NCBI GenBank assembly: GCA_965262115.1
Contig: OZ253496.1
Location: 352,001 to 416,000 of the forward strand
Direction: 5' to 3'
Origin: Nitrospinales bacterium
GTDB lineage: Bacteria > Nitrospinota > Nitrospinia > Nitrospinales > VA-1
DNA length: 64,000 bases
Part shown: piece by piece, positions 1 to 8,152 of the stretch
Layout of the letters: each line of letters starts with the position of its first letter
Position numbering within the stretch: the stretch's first letter is position 1
Translations under genes and position numbers: made by a program
The notes under the pieces: model-generated
Seen by the model: the letters and a program-made list of their open reading frames with translations, nothing else
Told to the model about the DNA's origin: nothing
Databases searched by the model: none

Positions 1-810
1 ACGTCAGAACCCATTTATAAACCGCATTCAAAAGAGTTCATCTATTCGGCCAATCATGAAGATCGTTTTTCCGATTTTGAATGTTTCGAGGTAAAAAGCA
101 GGGAAGACAAATCGGTAACGGTTGGCTGGCTTTTGCATCACTCTTATCTCGGTGCGCTAAAAAATAATCCGATGATGCGTGGCATAAGAATTAGAAGCGG
201 CAATATGCAAATTGGTAACGAACGTATCTTGTCCAGTATATTTCCTGAAGAACGGTTCAATAGTTGGAGCGTTGGCGAATTGCATATACTTGATTCAATG
301 CTACGCCCCAATGGTCAACGAAGCGACTTGGAGGATACGCCAGCATTCAGAGACATCAAGAACAAGCTCGTACCGATAGTAGGGCAAACAATTGCCAAAA
401 AATGTCGAGCTAATTCATCCGCACGTAACAAAGCTCGATTTACGCTGGAACGGTTAAAAGCTATTGACGTTAGTCTGGATGTATTAGAGGCGAATATTCT
501 TTCATCGACAAAAGCCAATGCTATTTTAGTTGGTATAGAACAGGGAATAACGCATTTGCAGTCCGACTTAATAACTGTTTCCAATACATTACGAGATAAA
601 ATTTCCGTTGACACTAAGCAACTTTTGGTCCGATTACGAAGGATTCAAAGTCTTAACGGTGAACCACCACGTTTGAACGGTTTGCCCAAGACACAGTGGA
701 ACTTGGTAAAGAATATTGCTGGTTTGATATATGATCATTCTCCAGATCCTAAAGTTGCGAGCGAATTGATATTTCATCTACGATCGTTTATTGAAAATGG
801 TCAGAAATAG
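1..810 (+). CDS. C-terminal part of an Hsp90/GHKL-like ATP-binding protein (5' truncated by window edge)
   Basis: Frame is open from base 1 (TSEPIYKPH...). GIRIRSGNMQIGNE...EERFNSWSVGELHILD...PNGQRSD resembles the post-ATPase region of HtpG-like accessory ATPases. Region is AT-richer than its neighbours. Confidence 0.55.
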   Translation, partial: TSEPIYKPHSKEFIYSANHEDRFSDFECFEVKSREDKSVTVGWLLHHSYLGALKNNPMMRGIRIRSGNMQIGNERILSSIFPEERFNSWSVGELHILDSMLRPNGQRSDLEDTPAFRDIKNKLVPIVGQTIAKKCRANSSARNKARFTLERLKAIDVSLDVLEANILSSTKANAILVGIEQGITHLQSDLITVSNTLRDKISVDTKQLLVRLRRIQSLNGEPPRLNGLPKTQWNLVKNIAGLIYDHSPDPKVASELIFHLRSFIENGQK

Positions 811-877
811 AACTCCGCTAATACTGTATTTAATCTAGTTATCCAAGACAGCCAAAAATAATTTTATCTCAATATTT

Positions 878-3019
878 TTAATGTTTATAAAAAAATACCC
901 TTGAAAAAGGTTTAACAGTTGTCAAAAGCAGGTCATCCTGAGTTCGAGTGATTCCCACATAAATCATGTTCCTGCTTTCTTCCCTTCTAACAGGATAATT
1001 TTCTTCATCGGGTTCTACCATGGCGACAGAATCGAACTCCAGACCTTTGACCTGATGAATATTTGTCACCAGGATACCGGGCTCAAAAGAGAACTGGTCG
1101 CGGTGCCCCAGACGAACTTCTCCGGATAAAAACTCTTCCAGTTCCTCTTTTAATTCCATGGCCTGTTTTGGATAGCGGCAAATGATGGCGATGAGTTTAT
1201 AGGGGTCGGCCTGGACCAGACAATTACTCCAATTCACCAAATGTTCCAGCAGGCTCTCCCTGTCATCAGCCTTGTGCCATTCCGGATCAGGGCCTGCCCT
1301 GCCCTCAACTTTTTTCGGATCGCCTGCCACCTTATGCGCCAAAGTCATGATCGGCACCGTACAGCGGAAAGAAACTTCAAGACGGATAATGGAATCCTCT
1401 TCCATTCCAAGATTTTCCACCACCTTGTTCCAGCCGATGAATTTTCTCGCCGACAGAATCTTCTGGGCCACATCGCCGACAATGGTTATCTGGCGCTTAT
1501 CGTTGACTGCAGACATAATGATGGCAAACTCAACCGGGCCAAAATCCTGAGCCTCATCGATCACCAGATGATCCAGAGAAACCACGCCACCCGACCCATC
1601 CGGCAGTCCCCCATTTTTAAGCTGAATGAGACGCAAAACCAGAGCCATGTCGAAATAATCCAGGTTATTCCTGGCCTTGTTTTTATCCGTCAACCTTTGC
1701 AGATACTCAAGGTTAGAATCCAGCTTAGGGTGAGGAGACAGATAGTCTTTCAAATGCCCGGCATCCGCCAGGAGGTTGTAAACATCCTGAACATAATCGC
1801 TCAGGTCGAAGCTTTTACGCTTCAGAAACTCCAGGCATTTGTCCTTGTCATATTTCGGGAGGCTGGACTCTTTAACCTCATGGGTAAAATCCTTAAGCCG
1901 AGGCAATAAGGCAGTGTCCTCTGCCTTCTTCCAGGATTTTAAAAGTCCGGGCCATGGCTTAAAAACCCGCTCGATCTCTCCATTTAAAGATCGACATTGC
2001 TTATCCACCCATCCTTCAAGAGCCTTGAGGATTTCTTCAGAAAACTTTATTTCCTCAACAAATGATGGAACATTGAGAAATTTGAAAAAAGGCCGTCCGT
2101 GAACCGCTTTTCTAATGATGGACAACGCCCAACTATTGAAGGTTGAGGTTTGCACACCCTCAATACCCATTGACGGCAAAGTGGCACTGACATAAATCTG
2201 CAATGACTTGTTCATAACCAGCACCCGGGTGCTCTTCGGCTTGGCAAACGAATTTTCTTCATGCAGAAGCCAGGCCAGCCGATGTAAAGCAACGGTAGTT
2301 TTACCTGAACCCGCTGACCCCTGAATGATGACAGGTCGTTCCGGGTCGCTGGTGATCAATTCAAATTGATCCTTGGTGATTAAAGAAAGAATACTCGGCA
2401 GGCGTTTTTCTGTCGATCGGACAACCCTTGATCGGTGCGCGGCAATTTCATCTTCGACATCGAGTTTCTCCCAACCCGCTTCGTCTCTGCGGAATACTCC
2501 TTCGGGGGAGTCTATCTGCACCAGTTGACCATTCTCAACCCGGTAGGACCGCCGTAATTGAATGTGACCGCTCCGCTCCCTCTGGTTGATGACCTCGTAA
2601 AACTCTTCTTCCTGCTTGTAATTGAAATATAACCCTGCGATGGGACCTTTGCGCCAGTCCACAATGCCCGCCTCGATATTGCTTTTTTTCCCGATCAGGA
2701 AAGACACTTCACTGCCATCTTCCTCCTTCGTGCAAACTCTGCCAAAATAGGGTTCCTGGATCAGAGCGAACAGGGCCTTGTCACTATTCTTGCGGATATC
2801 CAAAACGCGGTGGGCCACAGCCTCATCCGAAACCAGAGGTTGCCTTTCTTCATGATTCCATTCATTGACCACCTGCCTGGTCAATTCACGGGCCGCCAGG
2901 TTGGCACTGATTTTCGATTCCTGAACAAGGGGAAGCTGCTGACACAACGACTGCAAAGTGTCCTCAAGCAGCTTCTCTTCCTCTTTAATCAACCGCTTGT
3001 CTTCTTCCGTCAAAGCCAT
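878..3019 (-). CDS. HelD/UvrD-like superfamily 1 helicase-fold ATPase
   Basis: Walker A GSAGSGKTTVALHR, DEAQD, KGLEFD, YVGITR; HelD-type N-terminal PYFGRV...IVDWR motif. Confidence 0.85.
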   Translation of the reverse strand: MALTEEDKRLIKEEEKLLEDTLQSLCQQLPLVQESKISANLAARELTRQVVNEWNHEERQPLVSDEAVAHRVLDIRKNSDKALFALIQEPYFGRVCTKEEDGSEVSFLIGKKSNIEAGIVDWRKGPIAGLYFNYKQEEEFYEVINQRERSGHIQLRRSYRVENGQLVQIDSPEGVFRRDEAGWEKLDVEDEIAAHRSRVVRSTEKRLPSILSLITKDQFELITSDPERPVIIQGSAGSGKTTVALHRLAWLLHEENSFAKPKSTRVLVMNKSLQIYVSATLPSMGIEGVQTSTFNSWALSIIRKAVHGRPFFKFLNVPSFVEEIKFSEEILKALEGWVDKQCRSLNGEIERVFKPWPGLLKSWKKAEDTALLPRLKDFTHEVKESSLPKYDKDKCLEFLKRKSFDLSDYVQDVYNLLADAGHLKDYLSPHPKLDSNLEYLQRLTDKNKARNNLDYFDMALVLRLIQLKNGGLPDGSGGVVSLDHLVIDEAQDFGPVEFAIIMSAVNDKRQITIVGDVAQKILSARKFIGWNKVVENLGMEEDSIIRLEVSFRCTVPIMTLAHKVAGDPKKVEGRAGPDPEWHKADDRESLLEHLVNWSNCLVQADPYKLIAIICRYPKQAMELKEELEEFLSGEVRLGHRDQFSFEPGILVTNIHQVKGLEFDSVAMVEPDEENYPVRREESRNMIYVGITRTQDDLLLTTVKPFSRVFFYKH

Positions 3020-3254
3020 GCTTTACTTTCCCCAGTTCAAAACCCTTACCGTTTGTAAGGGCTAAACTTGTTAAGATAAATGATACAAACCTCAAGGGTC
3101 AACCAAAAACTACCAAATGGGGAAAGAAATATTCACGCATAAATATTTTCTGACTGGAGACCCAAGAAAACCTTTAAAACATGAGGTTTTTAATTTAAGA
3201 TGGAATATTCAATTCCAATAGACATTAAGGCCGGAATATTTAAGGAGCTTTTGC

Positions 3255-4139
3255 ATGAAAACTTATGAGGATCTGGAAGGAGATGGCGGATCCAATATAG
3301 TCGGGCAGGTCGTTCAATTAGGCGAAAAACTGCGATCCCGCCTCGATAAAATCAAATATAAAGTCGCGCTGATGAGCGGTAAAGGCGGTGTCGGCAAAAG
3401 TTCCATCACTGCCAATATTGCCTCCTGCCTTGCTGATCGAGGCAATAAGGTTGGAATCCTCGATGCTGACCTGAACGGACCCAGCATCGGCCACCTTTTG
3501 GGAGTCGGCAATGACGTTCAACTGGATATGAAAGACGATGGACTGGAACCGGGTATCGGATATCAGGGAATCCGCATCATGTCGATGGATATGCTTTTGA
3601 AAAGCGCCGACACTCCAGTAATGTGGACTGATGCAGACGACGCCACGGCGTCCTGGGTCAGCATCATGGAGTCCACCGCAACCCGCGAGCTAATGGCAGA
3701 TACCAACTGGGGCGAACTGGATTACCTTCTCATCGATATGCCACCGGGGAGTGACCGCATTGACAACATCCGTTCCTTGATTCCGGAACTGGCCGGAGTT
3801 GTGGAGATCACCATCCCGTCTCCCCTTTCCCAACACATTGTGACCAAATCGATTACCAAGAACAATATGATGGGAGTACCCATCATTGGATTGATCGAGA
3901 ACATGGCCACCTATGTCTGCCCACATTGCGATAAAGAAGGCAAATTGTTTGAAGGGGAAGACGTGCACAAACTAACCGAAAGAAAAGAGATTCCCTATAT
4001 CGGCAAGATCCCGTTTGACACCCGTGTGTCGCAGACCAGCCAATCGGGAAGCCTTTTTTATTCCACATTTAAAGATTCTATTACCGGCAAAGCCATTGCT
4101 GAGGCCGTAGACAATATTCAAAACTTTATCACCAAATAG
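3255..4139 (+). CDS. Mrp/NBP35 family P-loop ATPase (Fe-S carrier), short form
   Basis: SGKGGVGKS, DADLNGPS, WGELDYLLIDMPPG, ENM...CPHC. Confidence 0.92.
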   Translation: MKTYEDLEGDGGSNIVGQVVQLGEKLRSRLDKIKYKVALMSGKGGVGKSSITANIASCLADRGNKVGILDADLNGPSIGHLLGVGNDVQLDMKDDGLEPGIGYQGIRIMSMDMLLKSADTPVMWTDADDATASWVSIMESTATRELMADTNWGELDYLLIDMPPGSDRIDNIRSLIPELAGVVEITIPSPLSQHIVTKSITKNNMMGVPIIGLIENMATYVCPHCDKEGKLFEGEDVHKLTERKEIPYIGKIPFDTRVSQTSQSGSLFYSTFKDSITGKAIAEAVDNIQNFITK

Positions 4140-4156
4140 TTCAAACAGGAGACCCA

Positions 4157-4591
4157 ATGAAATTCCTTTGTATCCCTTGCGACGTCAAGATGGAAGTACA
4201 AACCGAAGGCATCATGCCGGAGGAAAAGACCAATCTTGTCATGAAATTCAAATGTAAAAAATGCGGACACAGCATCGCCATGCTCACCAATAAATTTGAA
4301 ACCGAGTTTGTCAGCAAACTGGGTGTCGAGTTGGGCGGTGCCACGGGTGTCAGCACAGCACCCATGGCGACAGTTGGTTCTTCTCTGGCTCAAGCCAAAG
4401 AAGAACTGCAAAAGGCAAACCCGGAAGATGATCTGATCTGGACCGAAGAGGCTCTGAAAAGAATCCAACGGGTTCCCTTTTTTGTGCGCGGCATGGCCAA
4501 GAAAACGGTTATCAACTTTGCTATGGAAAAAGGTGCCACTACCATTGACGCCAAACTGATGGACGAAGTCCGCGAAAAAGTCGGCATGTAG
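4157..4591 (+). CDS. CxxC/CxxC zinc-ribbon + PCP_red (protochlorophyllide reductase C-terminal-like) domain protein
   Basis: N-terminal CIPC...CKKC; C-terminal WTEEALKRIQRVPFFVRGMAKK...IDAKLMDEVR. Confidence 0.8.
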   Translation: MKFLCIPCDVKMEVQTEGIMPEEKTNLVMKFKCKKCGHSIAMLTNKFETEFVSKLGVELGGATGVSTAPMATVGSSLAQAKEELQKANPEDDLIWTEEALKRIQRVPFFVRGMAKKTVINFAMEKGATTIDAKLMDEVREKVGM

Positions 4592-4662
4592 CCGCCAGCG
4601 GCGGTGGGCAACAGACCGTTGCCCTGTTTAACTACCCCCCTGTGATATTTGACCTTTACCCT

Positions 4663-4780
4663 CCCGCCGAACTTCGACTTCCATTTGTAAAATGTCGCCG
4701 GGCTCATAACCATGCCAACGACACAAACCGGATGTTTTAAAGCCCGCATCGTGCTCCTTCAAAATCCCAATAATCTGCTC
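4663..4780 (-). pseudogene. IS3-family orfA remnant with a +1 frameshift
   Basis: EQIIGILKEHDAGFKTSGLCRWHG, then one extra T, then MSPATFYKWKSKFGG; matches the N-terminal HTH of IS3 OrfA. Confidence 0.8.
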
Positions 4781-4871
4781 CCAAGTCTTACATTTCCAGA
4801 TTGGCTCAAGAAATTTCTTTAGATACCGTTTTTCGTTGTCATTCACACTATCCTCAATTTAGTTGTTTATA

Positions 4872-4963
4872 GGGCAACGACCAAGCTCACTGGGTCCTCT
4901 CATGGTGGCAGTACGTTTTTGCCAGCAGAAATCTGGGCGCTGATCCAGGAAGTGGCGTTAAAC
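4872..4963 (-). other. Degenerate attC-like integron recombination site
   Basis: Minus strand starts GTTTAAC (holding the stop of an upstream ORF) and ends CCAGTGAGCTTGGTCGTT; CTGG/CCAG and TGGCA/TGCCA stems; followed by GAGGA + GTG of a truncated ORF. Confidence 0.4.
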
Positions 4964-5122
4964 GCCGTCATCGAAAAATCTTGCAAGGGTGGACGCTATA
5001 ACTACAGGAGGGAGATTATTTCGACCCGCATTATCCACAGCTAAGCCAGATGCTATCCAGGGCAAAAGGCAATATCTGACACCATTTTTCTCCGTTACCC
5101 TTCGTTGTGGTACACTACGTCC

Positions 5123-5336
5123 ATGACTACCATGATTTCTGAAGCATATGAAGCGTTCCGTGCGGCCCGGGGTTTCTGAAGACAAAGCCAGGCAGGCGGC
5201 AGAAGCGCTGAGCGCGGAAAACCTCGCTACCAAACAGGATATTGAGGAGTTGAAGACCGACAACCATCTGTTCAGATGGATGCTCGGATTTAACCTGACC
5301 TTCACCATGACTATTCTCTGGAAAATTCTCAGCTGA
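5123..5336 (+). pseudogene. DUF1640/CCDC90-like small coiled-coil membrane protein, frameshifted near 5168
   Basis: MTTMISEAYEAFRAA (ATG 5123) joins GVSEDKARQAAEAL...LATKQDI...LFRWMLGFNL if one C of GCCC is removed. Confidence 0.65.
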
Positions 5337-5382
5337 TTTTATCTCCTGCCAGATTCCGCTCCTGCATAGCTGGGGTGTGAGT

Positions 5383-5733
5383 CTATTCCCGCAACCGAGT
5401 CTCCAGAAGCTGAGCCAGCTTCCAGTTTTTTTGTTTTCTGGCAAGATCCAGCGGTGTCTGCCCTTTTTTATCCTTCGCATTCACATCCGCGCCCTTGTCA
5501 ATCAGCGGGGCCGCCATCTCAAGGGCATTGTGTAATGCCGCAATATGCAACGGTGTTTGCTTATGCTCGTCTTTCACATTCACATTTGCGCCCTTGGTAA
5601 TCAATGACGCCGCCGAGTCATAGTCATTGTTCAGTGCGGCAATATGCAACGGCGTATCCCCTTCAGTCGTTAGCGATACACACCCGGGCAATGCGAAAAA
5701 CAGTACAAAATATAATGGAATAGAACGAATCAT
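5383..5733 (-). CDS. Ankyrin-repeat lipoprotein
   Basis: Hydrophobic leader ending LPGC; repeats GDTPLHIAA, QTPLHIAA, GQTPLDLA. Confidence 0.88.
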   Translation of the reverse strand: MIRSIPLYFVLFFALPGCVSLTTEGDTPLHIAALNNDYDSAASLITKGANVNVKDEHKQTPLHIAALHNALEMAAPLIDKGADVNAKDKKGQTPLDLARKQKNWKLAQLLETRLRE

Positions 5734-5995
5734 GTCAGTCTCCCTTGAGAAATTGACGTTGCCTGGCAAGTAAACCTGCCATTAAGAATCGGGTGGTTTT
5801 CAATAAGCTGTCCTGATTAAGAGAACACCCCGACGTAACCATAGCGTTCTTTCAATGGAATGACTTTCGAGTGGTCCGGAATGTCTTATCAAGAAATAAA
5901 AACAGGTCCGCAGACTCCTGCCCTGTTTAAGTGTGATCGTTCTGGCAACTGGTAACGGCTCTCCCAACCTGTCACAAAAACCAATGGTTTAGAGC

Positions 5996-6325
5996 CTAGT
6001 TATCAGTGCTTTTACTTTTGCAGGCCGCGCATTCGCACAATTGCCGCAAAAGTTCATGCGTATAAAGCCCGGTATTGTGCCCGTCACTCCATTCAAACTG
6101 GATGGCGTAAAGTCCGACTGCCTTTAGGTTTCGGGGACGGATTTCCTGCGGGATGGAACCCGGAGCGATCAACTTTTTACCGCTCCATTCATCAATGCAG
6201 TTCGCACACGGGCAATGTTCCCGCAAATTCTTAACTGAATAAACCGAGTCGTGCCCATCGTTCCAGGAAATACCCAGAGTGGACTCATCGATCTGTTTAA
6301 TATTCTTGGGTGCAGGAGCAGTCAT
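5996..6325 (-). CDS. DUF971 / GBBH-like N-terminal domain protein
   Basis: WNDGH...LREHCPCANC...VGLYAIQFEWSDGHNTGLY. Confidence 0.9.
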   Translation of the reverse strand: MTAPAPKNIKQIDESTLGISWNDGHDSVYSVKNLREHCPCANCIDEWSGKKLIAPGSIPQEIRPRNLKAVGLYAIQFEWSDGHNTGLYTHELLRQLCECAACKSKSTDN

Positions 6326-6378
6326 AATCGTTTGTCTACTTTCTTTTTAACCTTAATAATGTAAATCACCCCAGCCCT

Positions 6379-6419
6379 TGTGATGTCCCCTTCATTAAAC
6401 TTCATGCCCAGAACGGGTA
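6379..6419 (+). mobile_element. Micro-element B copy 1 (41 bp)
   Basis: TGTGATGTCCCCTTCATTAAACTTCATGCCCAGAACGGGTA; removal restores the perfect hairpin CCCTCTTT-GAA-AAAGAGGG. Confidence 0.75.
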
Positions 6420-6501
6420 CTTTGAAAAAGAGGGAGCAAAAACCAACCCCCTAGCCCATCGAACAAACCGTATTCCTATTATTCGAGTTATCAGGGGGAG
6501 C

Positions 6502-6560
6502 ACCGGGCAAAAACTCATTAAGCCGAGAAAACTCTTTTTTACACTTGAAAGAGATATTGC
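6502..6560 (+). repeat. Intergenic repeat family A copy 1
   Basis: ACCGGGCAAAAACTCATTAAGCCGAGAAAAC...TATTGC matches 7 other copies. Confidence 0.75.
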
Positions 6561-6582
6561 TACTCGGCCCCACGCCTAGTGA

Positions 6583-7680
6583 TTAGCTTTTCCAGGAAAG
6601 TTCAAAGTCAGCGGAAACTTTTTCGCCTTTGTTAGCCTGATTGATACTGAGTTGCGCCGCCACCTGCCCTGCTAACTCCTTGTAGGCCTGAGCAGCAAGA
6701 GATTCAGCATCGGCTATGACCACGGGAATACCCGAGTCTCCGCCTTCCGCGATGGATTCGATAATCGGTACTTCTCCAAGAAGCGGGATACTAAATGTAT
6801 CAGCCAGTTTTTTTCCGCCGCCCTGTCTAAATATATGATGTTTCTTATCGCAACCATCGCAGATGAAATAGCTCATGTTCTCAACGATACCGAGAAGGGG
6901 AACTTTAACCTGCTGAAACATTTTCACGCCCTTGTCCGCATCGATCAGGCTGACTTCCTGCGGAGTGGTCACAACCACTGCACCGGAAATAGGCGCCTTC
7001 TGGGTCAGGGTCAACTGCACATCGCCAGTACCCGGCGGCAAGTCAATCACCAGATAATCCAACTCACCCCACTCCACATTTTGTAGGAATTGCTGAATGA
7101 TACCGCCCAACATGGGTCCACGAAGCATCAGGGGTTGCCCCTGTTTGGTTAAAAAAGCCGCGGAAACCACTTTCAATCCATACTTTTCATGGGGAAAGAA
7201 TTTATTTTCTGAGCCGACTTTCGGTGGAGAGATGGGAATGCCCATCATCTGCGGTATGCTAGGACCATAAATGTCGGCATCCATCAAACCGACTTGAGCA
7301 CCGGTCATTGACAGGGCAATAGCCAGGTTGGTGCTGACTGTGGATTTCCCCACACCGCCCTTGCCGCTCGCCACGGCAATAATGTTTTTCACCCCGGTCA
7401 AAACCGGTTGTGAATGCTCGGTAGATCGGACAACGGCGGTCATGTTCACATCAATCTGTTCAACCCCTTCAATGGCTTTGACTTTGGTTTCGCATTCTGT
7501 GCGCAACTGTTCTTTCACCGGACAGGCAGGTGTGGTCAATTCAACATCAAATTTGACGTTTCCTCCATCTATACTCATATTTTTGACAAACCCAAGGCTG
7601 ACAATGTCTTTATGCAGGTCAGGATCTTGAACCGTCTTCAACGCATCAATTATTTTCTCTTGCAGCTTGGGATCGGACAT
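6583..7680 (-). CDS. apbC: Fe-S cluster carrier ApbC/Mrp with N-terminal DUF59 (MIP18) domain
   Basis: VQDPDLHKDIVSLGFV...TTPACP; ASGKGGVGKST; DLPPGTGD; CDGC. Confidence 0.93.
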   Translation of the reverse strand: MSDPKLQEKIIDALKTVQDPDLHKDIVSLGFVKNMSIDGGNVKFDVELTTPACPVKEQLRTECETKVKAIEGVEQIDVNMTAVVRSTEHSQPVLTGVKNIIAVASGKGGVGKSTVSTNLAIALSMTGAQVGLMDADIYGPSIPQMMGIPISPPKVGSENKFFPHEKYGLKVVSAAFLTKQGQPLMLRGPMLGGIIQQFLQNVEWGELDYLVIDLPPGTGDVQLTLTQKAPISGAVVVTTPQEVSLIDADKGVKMFQQVKVPLLGIVENMSYFICDGCDKKHHIFRQGGGKKLADTFSIPLLGEVPIIESIAEGGDSGIPVVIADAESLAAQAYKELAGQVAAQLSINQANKGEKVSADFELSWKS

Positions 7681-8152
7681 AAATCTCTCCTTAAACTAAA
7701 ATATTTTTCCAATCGGTGAAAACACCGAATCTTTAGAATTGTGAGGCGAAACCAAAACCCTCCTACGGTGGACTCATGAGCATTCCGCCGGACACTAATT
7801 AGGATGGCACTCTCTTGAAAAAGATTTCAACCTGCTGAAATGAATCGCGTTAACATTTTCGAAGGTGACCCAAGAAGCCTTGGTTACCCCTTGATTTCAC
7901 TTGCTTTATAACTCTGCATATTGTATATAAATAATTCAGGCCTACAATATATGGATATGTGCGGATTTATCAAAATAACACGTTTAAAAAAGAAAAAGGC
8001 CCTAACTCATTGAAATTGTTTTTTGAAAGCTAAAACCTCCCGACCAGGTTCAAAAACTTCTGGCCTGGCAACTGTATAATACCGCAAACCACAAACGTCA
8101 AGCTGAACCGCTCATCTTTTCTTAAACTTCAATAACAACCTGGGATCACTTC

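Noticed and set aside
4588..4612. GTAGCCGCC..GGTGG(G)CAAC motif, also inverted at ~23463-23480
   Set aside because: Only two short copies; too little to define a REP family
5770..5990. Possible riboswitch or ncRNA upstream of the ankyrin gene
   Set aside because: No recognisable aptamer motif or convincing structure by eye
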